A DNA stretch of 64,000 nucleotides, taken from the NCBI GenBank assembly GCA_964234715.1, contig OZ174275.1. One strand, 5' to 3'. The notes beneath the pieces are model-generated. The model was not told the DNA's origin and did no database searches. It saw only the letters and a list, made by a program, of their open reading frames with translations. The stretch's first letter is position 1; each line of letters begins with the position of its first letter. Shown in pieces: positions 36,301 through 47,779 of the stretch. The position numbers were made by a program, and so were the translations under genes. The stretch comes from Podarcis melisellensis. Lineage: Eukaryota.

Positions 36301-39300
36301 CACTCCACTTGTTCAGGAATTTAGAGATACAGCTGCTGAGCAAGCCAAAGTAGAAAGCACATATAAACACACAGCTATGGAAATATCATCAAGCTGTCAA
36401 TTTGAAATGGCTGTAGAGAGTCATACGGAAAGAGAGAAGTCAGTTACAGGAGAAGACATTTCTGTAAGTCATGATGTAAAAGATGAAGGGAAAACTGTAA
36501 GAGACATATTTGAGAAGATGCAGAAGATTTCTAAAGATCAGGAATTCACACTAGCATATCTGGAACCAGAATCAGAGAGTCTTCAGTATGGACCAACTCA
36601 AGGTATATCACACAAGGAAATACCTTCAAGTGAGATAATCACAGACATACCATTTAAGGAAGTTGAAGAACGAATCTGCACTTTTGAGCAGGAGTTAAGT
36701 GCAAAAGAATCTATGGATCATAGGTTTTCCACACTGCTGCAAGAAGACAGTGATATCCATGAGAAGGATCAATGTTTTACTGATATATTAAGCAAGAATT
36801 CTCAGGATCAGTCAGCCATAGAAGAGAGAAGTATGTTACAAAATATAAGCAATGAACTCCAAAGTGCACCTAAGGAAGAACAACTTGACGATGAGGTTGT
36901 AAACAAAGAAAATCTGCAGGAGGCAGTAGCCAATGAACAGCAAGAACTGTTCAGAGTAGAAAAAGAGCAAGCATACAGAAGTTCTATCTCTGACAAAGAG
37001 GAAGGCACTTTGATCCATGATGAAAAGTTCACTAGCTTTGGTGAGGGAAAAGAGAAGGAAATCCATTGTGGTGAAGAATTGGTAGGAAAAGCAGATGTAA
37101 GTGTGCCTGAATTTGTATTTGATTTAAAACAAATGCTTACTATTGAAGACAACGTAGATAAGAATGCTCAAGAACAAACTGAAACTCAGGAACTCATAGG
37201 CCCAAGCTCAATTGCTGGCAAACTTGATATCTCACTTGATGGAATGCCGGTTCATGCAGATACAGAAACTGCTGATGAACAACAAAACAGACTTAAGTCA
37301 GAGGAAGTGTATGCCAAAGAAAAATGTTTGGTTTCTGAAATAATACAAGCTAATACAAACAAAATCACAGAATCAGCACAAATCGGCATATCAGCTCTAG
37401 AACAAAGATTGGATTCTAGTCAAGGTATTTCTAAAGAGGGTGAACTTGTAAAGGAAGCAAATTATGCCCAAGAAGATGCATTATGCCTAGAGAAGGAAGA
37501 ATTTGGTTTACATCCAGCTTCCTTAGGCACAGAAACTGTTGTTGAGGAACGAGAGGAAATCGTTATCAAAGAACTTTCAGATTTTGAAAGAACAGACCTA
37601 GGCAAGATAATAGAAAGTGCAGAAGTAGACACATCAGCTGAGAGTTATAGCCAGGATATCAACAAAGAGAAGGAACTGGGAGAAGGAATATTTGATTTAA
37701 AACAACTTTCTCTGCATGTAGAAAATGATAGTCAAAACCAGGACGATGTCCTTGTGAAAGCTCTGCATTCCGGTTCTGAAGAAATGAAACTAGATGTCAA
37801 CAAAACCCCAGAAATTGTACAATCTCCCACTTTGTTTCTAGAGCAAGAAAGAGCTTCTCAACAAGAGCTTTCCCAAGATACTGAACCAGTAAAGACAGAA
37901 TATAGTTTCAAGGAAGCTATCTTATCCTTTGAAGAAGAATTTTCCTCCAAACAATCTAACATAGAAATTGTTGTTCAAGAGGAAGTTCACATTGAGGAAA
38001 AACAGACACATGAAAAGAATCAAGATTCTGTTTTTACTGTTCCGGACATAGAAATTATTGGGGGGAAATACGTTAAAACTGAATATTCAGTTGCTGAAAG
38101 CCTGGAAACTGACGTTGCTGAACATGCACACAAAAAATCGGATTTAGAGGTTTCTAAAGTAAATGAAACTATAAAGGAAGAAAGTGGTGCACTGCAACAA
38201 TCATTACCCCCTAAAAATGGCATTTTTGACTTAAAGCAAGCTTACTCAGATATAGAAAAAAATAGCCACCTACCAGAGACAGAAGAAACATACTTAAAAA
38301 ACCTCTATTCCGCTTCTGAAGGAGTTCAGGCTGATACACAGAGTACCATGGAAAATGCACGTCAAATAATGCATTCTTGCCAAAAAGATTCCTTCTCTTT
38401 GAAAACCATGATGGAAGAAGAAAATGTTCAGGAACGTGCATCCCCAGAAAACAAAGGCATTGATTTAAAATTAGCTTTTCTGAATCTAGAAAATGTTGAT
38501 CAACAGCAAGAAGAGAAGTTGCCACGGGGGCAAATACCTCTCAAATTCCTGTATTCTGCTTCAGAGGAAATGGAAGCCTTTCAAGTGCAGCAGCTGAAAT
38601 CCACTGAAAGCAATGTCCTCTACAAGAGCAGCGACCACAAAGAATGCACCCTGTCCCCAGGGAAAGAACTACAAACACAAGAGCAAATGTTTGATCTGAA
38701 AGCACATGCTGCATCTTTATCACAAGGCTTTTCATTGAAGGAGGCTGAAACATTACCAGAGAAAGAAGTGGGTTCCTTTAATCTGAGGTCGGCTTTTGAG
38801 ACCATGGGTACAGAGACAGAGAGTTTCATAAAACAGCTACAGAAGGCAAGCGTACCAGAGGAAGGAGTTTCTCTAAGTGAGGAACTTCGTCAGAGCTATA
38901 AGGCGCGGCTGGAGGGAGATAATTCCCTAGAACAAAAATTACAAGCGGAAGCAGAGCTGACAGTGACACAAATACTGAAGAAGGCCTTAGAAACGGTTAG
39001 CCTTTCTACTGAACAGGAGCCTACTACAAAACGGCATTGCGATCAGGAGGGGAAAATTTCTGAGGAGGAAGTGCTTAGGATGCCAGATGAAGCCTTTCTG
39101 TGGGGGCAGCCAGAACCCATCCCTCTCAGTCAGTATTTTCAAAACCAAGTGAAAGAAACTGGTGTCCTTGAAGTGGATAGTTTCATATCTGATTTGAAAA
39201 AAGCTGCACATGGAAAGAAGCCTCAAAGCGTTCATGAAACAGGGGGAGAAAAGGCACATGTTACTGAGGGGACTACTGATATCGAGAAGCCTTTTGATAG

Positions 39301-41659
39301 CCAAATAATGTCTGACAAACAACCATCATCACAGAGCTCAGCCAAGGAGCCCTCGTTGGCCCAGTTCCTTCTTTCCTTAAAAGATGAATCACTTATAAGC
39401 CAGGGAGGTGTGACAGGAGAATGTGAAACTACTGAATTCATGAATCGTCTTCTAGGAAATCTAACTGAAGGGGCTACCAAAGAAACTACTCTTCACACTG
39501 AAGAACTCCCTCCTCCTCCTCCTCATGAAGGAGCAGATTTCTCTCTTACAAAATATTTGCTTGCTGCCAGAGAACAGGAGATCCCAGTTGTCAGAGAGAG
39601 CTCATCCAGGACTCTGACCAGGGAGGGATCTATCACATCCTTGGAGGTTGAAGATGTTACATTTAGCACCGTTTATGATTATTACAAGCAACAGCAAGAA
39701 CTGACCCGCCCTTTTTCTCCTGAGTCAGAAATGTCTATTGATATTGACAGCATGAGCGGAGACGAAATGGTAGAGGCTGAGGGATTCTACACACCACCAT
39801 CGTCAGTGGATAATTTTGAATCTCCCATGTCTTTTGAGTCTTATCACACACCAATTGGCAGCCCGGAACGATATTCTACACCTTCAGAGGAACGATACTC
39901 TACACCATCAGAGGAGCGATATTCTACACCGTCAGAGGAGCGATATTCTACACCATCAGAGGAGCGATATTCTACACCATCTGCAGAGTCAAACAGAGCT
40001 TCAATGAGGTCTCCTGCAAATCTATTGAGGGGAAGTACCCCACCAGAACATTACCAAACACCCCGTGGCTCTCGTTTGCGACACAGGAGCTCTTCTCTCG
40101 AAGAGCTACGTGCTGAAATGTTCGGTACACCTTGTGAAGCATTGGAACCAAAGGGAAACGAAATTCCCCCTGCATTTATTAAGCCATTGACTAAAAGAAA
40201 AATCTATGAGAACACCACATTGCGTTTTATTGCCGAGGTCATAGGGATTCCCATACCTGATGTGAAATGGTATAGAAATAAGTCATTGCTTGAGCAAGAT
40301 GAAAGGGTCAAAATACAAAAAGAAGGTGATGTTTGTATCTTAGAAATCCGCAACATTCAAAAAACAGATGGAGGGGAATATATGTGCCATGCAATAAATA
40401 TCATAGGCGAATCCAAGAATATCGCACAAGTACAAGTGTTACCCCATGATGGAAGAGCTTTGGCTCTTCCTCCTCCAGTAACTCATCAACATGTTATAGA
40501 GTTTGATATAGAACAAGGGTCAGCGTCACGAACACCTTCGCCTCAGGAAATTCTCCTGGAAGTAGAGCTGGATGAAACTGAGATTAAGGAATGTGAGAAG
40601 CAAGTGAAAATAGCCACTATTCCTGAACTCACTTCTGATAATCAAAGTATGGTTGTGTCTCTTGATGTTCTCCCTTTATCTCTGGTGGAACACACAACGG
40701 CTTCTTTTGGGAAAGAGAACAAAGATGTTACAATTGACTTTGAAGTCACCGAGATGCCTCCACGCTTTACCACCCCTGTCTTTGACATAGAGGTTCCAGA
40801 AAAATCTGAGGCATTGTTTCATTGTACAGTCGCAGGCTGTCCTACCCCAGTAGTGCAGTGGTTTAAGGCAAATCAGTGCATTTCTTCAGACGCTTTGAAG
40901 TACACTGTTAGAAGTGAGAATGGAAGTCATAGTCTTAAAATTCATAATGTACAGCATTCTGATAGTGGCATGTATTTGTGTAAGGCTGTTAATGCTGTTG
41001 GAGAAGCTATATGCAGGTGCTTGTTAGCTGTAACCGAGGGCCAAGGGGCTCTTGCAGTGACCAATGATGGAAGTCAGGCAGATTTAAGTTTGGATAGCAC
41101 TAGTGGTAGGCCTCAAAAGATTGATTTGCTTGTTGATAATACTATCCAAAATGGCAACCAGACAGAAATAGAGCTGGAGTTTGAGTTTGAAGGTGACACT
41201 GATGATTCTCAGAAAGCTGTTAAATTGGTAGCTGTTACAGAACAGGAGCAGGAAGAGGAAGGAGAAGCATGTGTAAATATTAACTTTGATGTATTTGCTG
41301 AACTATCCAAAGAAGAGCAGATTGAATTTAAAGGTGAGAGCACAGACAGCTGCAGCTTTGAATTTCAAGTTACAGAAGCACCTCCAAAGTTTATGAAACA
41401 TATTTCTGATTGTGCTTCTTTCAAGGGTACCTCTGCAAGTTTCCAGTGTTTAGTAGTTGGTTCTCCAAAACCGGCAATAAGCTGGTTTAAAAATGGGGCG
41501 TTGATTCATGAAGAGAGATACTGTGTGGAGGAAAGTCAGGAAGGTTGTCACAGTCTGACTATAAGAAGCTTAGTCCAAACTGATGAAGGCGAGTATAAGT
41601 GTGTAGCAACCAACAAAGCAGGGACTGCCTATAGCAGTGCTTCGTTAACAATCTGCTGA
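33315..41659 (+). CDS. TTN: TTN exon 48, novex-3 alternative terminal exon (6 Ig domains plus long acidic unique regions, own stop codon)
   Basis: CAG|AACTG acceptor in frame with the 2740-aa ORF; six I-set Ig starts (KPSF, PPFF, PPKI, PPAF, PPRF, PPKF); TGA at 41657-41659. Confidence 0.96.
34676..34747 (+). repeat. Coding 24-bp tandem repeat x3 (DDVSEREK)
   Basis: GATGATGTCAGTGWGAGAGRGAAA x3. Confidence 0.95.
39866..39985 (+). repeat. Coding 24-bp tandem repeat x5 (ERYSTPSE)
   Basis: GARCGATAYTCTACACCNTCAGAG x4 plus a final ERYSTPSA copy. Confidence 0.97.
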
Positions 41660-43008
41660 ACGTCCTGCTTTCAAAATGTATTTATTCTTAAAGAGACAGC
41701 ACATTTGCACCGCATTTAGAGATCCATCCTGGTAGACTATGTAGCAGTAATTTTGATGCTTCTTGTTATTTGAAGCAACCTTATGAGTGGGATTCACTGG
41801 CCCCTCCCCAAGGCTCTCCCTACTGGGAACTACTGTGGAGATGAAGTGATGCTTAGCTCTTATTACAGGCTAAGCTTCACTCAAAGCAAGTTCCATTGAT
41901 CCCAACACCGTACGCATCCTTGTAATGATATCATTGTAATTGTCACCCACATGTGTACACCATCTTTGTCTGATACATGTAAATATGATTGTTTTATTTA
42001 AAAGGTGCATTCACATTTTTGTTAAGAGGGTCTTGAAATATTTGATACCCCCTTTTTTTCTTATAACTGACTTTTTTGGAATTGTACTTTATATGCACAC
42101 TGAATTTTAAACGCAGTACCAGAAAAAAAATGACGATTTCCCTCTCGCAATGTTGTATCAGAAAATATGTTATTTCTCTCCCACTGAAGTAACTGAGACT
42201 TATGTTGATCTCATTCCAATTCAAATGAAGAGTATTAACATGACACCAGTTGAAATACCCTGATTCAAAGAGAATCAGAGACCAAATTGGCCCATTTGGG
42301 TTTTCTGTCACAGTGGAGATTGCAGAAAAAACTTTCACATTTATTTTTCTTTTACCAAGTTAAAACTACCTGTTAACTAGAGAAAAAGCAATGCAAAACA
42401 GGCAAATATGCTAATGTGAACCTAGCATAAATAAAATATATTGAAATGATGGTTTCACTTTAGGTGGGTCAATTAATCTCTAGCAATGGATAAAATGAAA
42501 CAGAACCCTGAAATCCATCTCAAGCCAAGGCCTTGATAGCCAACATTTTTTTTCAAAATACAATTCTTTATCAAGGGATATTCATGTTATTCTGTTGCAG
42601 CAAAATAGTAGTCTTGCGAACCTTCAAAGGCTAGCAAATTTATTATGTCACATTCACACAAAAAATATACCATAATAAATTTGATAGTCTTTCAAGTATC
42701 ATAAAACTCTTTGCTGTTTTTAAACTTCTGTCAGCATAGACTAGAAGAAGTATGAATTTAAAACCGTGTTTTTCAGTATATGAACAGACATGAATATTGT
42801 CCACTGTACAAATTTCATTCAGTAAAATGTTTTGTGCTGTGGTTGCATGCAAGCTTAGCTGGGACCAAATCCCATTGGAGACAATGGGGTTTTACTCCTG
42901 GGTAAACATGCCTAGGTTTGGGACTCTAAGGCTGCAGTTCCAGACCCTATATGCCTGAGAGTAAACCTAAATCAATGCAATGGGGCTTACCTCCAAGTTG
43001 ATCTGTAT

Positions 43009-43204
43009 CATAGGAGCCAACTCCTAGGGGCTGAGCTCCTTTCGCCCTCCCATATGTTATTTGAGGGCGTTGGTGGCTCTCCAAAGTTGATGGGCATTGC
43101 CATTCAAATGGTGTGTGTGTGTGTGTGTGCCATGTCTTGTGATCAATTATGTGGGGTGAGGCTTAACTACCCGCCTCAATATTTTATTCAAGATGGCACC
43201 CCTG
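43009..43204. mobile_element. Probable hAT-like MITE downstream of the novex-3 stop
   Basis: CATAGGAGCCAACT...AGATGGCACCCCTG imperfect terminal inverted repeats. Confidence 0.45.
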
Positions 43205-44797
43205 ATCCATATAGGACTTCACTCCCTGTGTATATGAAAAAAAGAAAAAGAAAATACATAGGTAATCTAGTCACTATTGTGATCAGCACCAAAAGCACAT
43301 TCTCTAACTCAGACATATTGATAAACAAAAATAGCCTTTTAACACTAGAAAAGAATACACCACTTTACTCTGAGACAGCTACCTTTAAATATGAAACTGT
43401 ACTTTTGAGAGTTCCTGCTTTTGTATTATTTTCAACACTGATATTTAAAAGAAGCATGATAATTTATACTTAAATAAATTGGTGCATTTATATACTCAGT
43501 TGTGCACATGCATGCTCTTATTTCTATATTTATGTGCTCAGTCTTTCATCAAAAATCTGTGGCTTTAGGTACCACATAATCCCAAAACTGATGCTATATT
43601 ACTAGGAATTGCTGAAGTTCCCAAATATGTTAGAATTACTCTTCCAAATATAGAGCAGGTCATGTAAAAAAAAAAGAGACACCCTGTAAATATGCCCGCC
43701 CCCATACCATCAACTTTTATCTGTGGTTCTCATCACAGAATCTTACATAGGGCAAAGACAGAAGCTTTGCTTCGAAACGCAGAGCTACTTGCCCGAGACA
43801 TGCATGACATGTTTTGTCAAATAGCTTGGGTGATCTGTGGAAAGCAGCCTGTATGGCTCCTTTATCACATGATCCTCAGAACGGAAATCTCGCCGCCACT
43901 GATTTCAAAATTACAAGTTTGATTCTGTTTCCAGCCAAGCCATTTTCAGTCTCAGTTGACTAGAAATTTCAAACAGATTAGACACCTGGTAACATACTAG
44001 GCATTTATATGTAAAACCTAAGGAAAGAAGTAAAAGGGGGGGAGGGTGTTTCCTTTTGGAAACACTAAACTGATACAATGGATATCACAGGGTATTTCAG
44101 CACTCTCAACGTGCTGACAGTAGGCATTGAAATAATTTGCATGGCAGTTAAAATGTTTCAATAGTGTAAGAGTATAAGAGAAATGAAATTTCTGATCCAA
44201 CATTGAGCTGGGTAGAAATTGCTCATAGCATTGTGTCCATTGTCATTCCCGATATAGTTGACTAGCAGTTTTGGAGCAAATGAAGTGCAGCTATCCCAGC
44301 ATATTAGGGAAAATGCATTGAATGTATTATATGGTCTGATGCTATCAGAAAGCCCACGGAAGTTCAGCCACCATATCTGACCTCTCACACTCACTTCCAG
44401 CTTGTAGTATCTTTGTATTCACTTTATCTGCGGCCTGATCCTGTAAATCCAAACCGTTGGTTACGGTCAAAATCATGGCCAAGCAGTTGTGATGAAAGCA
44501 AAGACTGGCAGCTACACCTGTAGCATTGCATGCAACTATGCCCTACTCAGAGTTGACCCATTTAAATGAATGGATGTAATTTAGTCATACCCATTAATTT
44601 CAGTTGGCTCTAAGTAGGACTAATGTTGGCTACAATTCCCATCTTCCAAAGCTAGCATTTAAGCTATACACTTTTCCAGTATCAACTCAGATGTCTTTTT
44701 TCATAGTTACAGGGTATTTTAAAAAAAAGAGGAACGAAAGAGCTTTATTTGTTCATATTTGATGTTACATTTTAAATGTCAATGTATATATTGTTTT

Positions 44798-44803
44798 AAT
44801 AAA
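44798..44803 (+). terminator. Candidate novex-3 polyadenylation signal (alternatives at 42430 and 43473)
   Basis: AATAAA with upstream TGTA and a downstream GT/T-rich stretch (CTTTGGTTTCGTATTCTT). Confidence 0.5.
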
Positions 44804-47336
44804 AGTTCAAAATACAGTACTCGACTTTGGTTTCGTATTCTTCATTGAGCATACATTGATGAATTAATTATCGACCTTTAAACAATGGTGGTATGTATGT
44901 GAAGGTCATAACCTTTATGCCCATCCTTCTAGACATATGAAACTAGAAACACATCATTTTTTCTAGAGTTCAACAGAGGGTGAGATGTTGGGAAAGTTCT
45001 CTTTGTAACTGTCAAACAAAGAACAGTTAACTTACTCTGGCATTTAAATTTAAAAACATGTACCAGTCATTTGCACACATGTTTGTAGGGGAAATGTAAT
45101 GTTGCATACCTGCAGTTTAGAGCCCCAAAGGTATAGCGGCCTCCCTAGAACCTTGAAGGTACACAAGACTCCCATGGTTCTCTGTGACAGAGACAAAGAA
45201 AATTCTGTGCTGCCAGGGATTCTTCCCCCCCATAGTTTTTAGGTAGAGCTATATCATTTGTTTGTTTGTTTGATTGTTTGATTGATTGATTTAAATTTGT
45301 ATACCGCCCTATGCCTGCAGGTCTCAGGGCAGTTACAACATAATATCACAATAATATAAAAACACAAAATACATAATAAAAAAAGAAACAGAAAATATCT
45401 TTATTGTACCACTTGACCTGGAAGTAATAGCTGTATAATCCTCCTCATATCATAGTTTAACCATTTGTGGATCTTAATTGCCATTTTAGAAAAAGGGAGG
45501 AATTTGTAGTATTTAGTGCGGCAAAACTGAGTGGTTTTGTAAAAGTCCCGAAAACATGTCCGCCTCCATACCATCAACTTTATCTGTGGTTATCATTGCA
45601 GAATCTTACATAGGGCAAAGACGAAAGCTTTGCTTCGAAACACTGAGCTGCTTTGTTTTGTAGTTTTGTAGAATTTGTAGTATTAAGTGTGGCAAAAGTG
45701 AGGGCATGGATTAGGAAGTCAATATCTAACTGATCCATGCCCCCATTGGAGGACTTACAGAAGCTCATGCACATAAGAAAGGATGGCAACCAATTGGTGG
45801 GGAAAGCCAAATTGTTTCCTGACTGCTTGTCTGCCTGGCACAGTGTATGTGGACCATTTGTGGACCACAGAGCAGCCTTAGGTCTTCTGCTCAAGAGCTG
45901 AGAACCACGTGGCCTCTGAGTATTAAGAAGATGAATGTTTTCCTTCCAGAGGAAGGCTATACTGCCTAGGATACCTTATATGATCAAATACCTCTGGGTA
46001 GAGAAAGAAACACTGGCACTATCAGTACTGAACCATATGGTTAATGGTCCGACTTGGCATAAAATAGTTGTCTGTGTCTTTGACTTGGAACTAATTTTTG
46101 CTGGCTGAGCTCTAGAAGATCCTGCCTTCTGGGGAAACCCAGCCAGATGGGTGGGGTATAAATAAATTATTATTATTTCCAACACCATAATTCTATGTTT
46201 CTACTGAATGGCATGGAGTGCATTAGTTGTGCTTGACTGTTTAATTCAGTTGAAATGAATGGGATTTATGGTTCATTGATTTCAATGGGACTTAAGCATC
46301 TCCCCCCCCCCTGGATTGGTGCTGTATAATCAGCACCATTTCAGTGAATACCTTTTATTTCACTTACCATCCACACCTCAGACCACATTCCTTTTTCAGA
46401 TATAAAACAGCCCCATAAAGCAAATCCAATAAGAATAATTGCTGAATCTACCTCCAGGTGTTAAGTGTACTTTAAGTCACACAAAAAATACGTAGAAGAT
46501 TATATACCAGTGTAAAAAATTATTACAAGTTTAAATATTTATTATTGTGTGATATGTTACTGAATCCCTATCCCAATTAATATTCTCTTTATGACTTTAT
46601 AACTTGGAGTGAGATTTCCTTTTCCATTAATAGAAGGGTTCCTTTCTTCTGCAGAAGTTTCTCTGTTCCAATAGAGGATTCCGCTGACAGAAAATGTGAG
46701 AGATAATTTTTGTGGATTCCTCCTTCCCCTTGCATTCCCATGCCACAGGAGGTTTCCCCAAGTTTGCCAGAGCAAATTTTCAGGGGGATGCAGGGTGAAG
46801 CAGCAAAATTTTCCTTTTCTTCCTTCTGTCAGCAGGAACACCCCATAATGAGCATTCAGCCCATGGATCTGCAGTACCAATTTTTTTTTTTTAAGGGAGT
46901 ATTTAAATCATCAAACATTTATTGCAGACTCTTGTATCTCCCAGATCAACTTTCCTCAGCCTGGTATCCTCCAGATGTCTGAGGCTCTCAGCTCCCATCA
47001 TCCCTGACCGACAGCCATACTGGTTGGAGCAGATGGAAATTGTAGTCCAAAACATCTGTAGAATAGCAGGAGAGGGAAGACTGCCCTTGATGGGGATCTT
47101 GTGGCCCTCCAGACTTTGCTAGATTTCAATTCCCATCAGTCCCAGCCACAATGGCTAATGTTCTAGAATGATGGGAGCTGTGATTTTGCTTTTTTAGTAC
47201 TAATGGAAAAGTGAACATCTGAGTCTGTCTATACATATTAAACACCAACCCATATATCTGAGATGTATTATGCCTTCAGTTTATATGCAGATATTCCCCA
47301 ATATTCATGCACTGATTAAATGGGAAATTGTCAGTA

Positions 47337-47584
47337 CAGTGGTACCTTGGTACTTGAATGGCTTGGTTCCCAAACAAATTGACTCCCAAACGCCGCAAAC
47401 CTGAAAAGTGTACTGGGTTGTGAATGTTTTTTGGAAGCCTAACGTCCAATGTGACGGACAAGTGTCTTCCGATTGGCTCTTCTGATTGCAAGAGCCAATC
47501 AGACGCCGTGCCTTGGAAATTGAACGTTTCAGAAGTTGAATATCCTTCTGGAATGGATTACGTTCAACTTCTGAGGTACCACTG
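47337..47584. mobile_element. Tc1/mariner (Tigger-like) MITE, 248 bp
   Basis: TA|CAGTGGTACCT ... AGGTACCACTG|TA: 11-bp perfect TIR and TA TSD. Confidence 0.85.
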
Positions 47585-47779
47585 TATAAACTGAATCCTA
47601 AAATAATGTCCACCCTTTGATTCAAGGTATATTTTAAAATATATGAATGTTTTAATCATCTTGCAGCATTACGAAGTGTTGTCCTAACATGATAATTGAT
47701 TGATAGTATCTGGTAGATACAAGATGAATTTTTCAAGAAAGCATTTTAGTAAAATGTAAATAATTTTTTTCCCATACAG

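Noticed and set aside
39866-39985. CRISPR-like repeat array
   Set aside because: Contiguous in-frame coding units with no spacers, in a vertebrate gene
33437-41659. 2740-aa ORF as a stand-alone intronless gene
   Set aside because: The frame stays open back to a good splice acceptor at 33314 in phase with exon 47, so it is the novex-3 terminal exon
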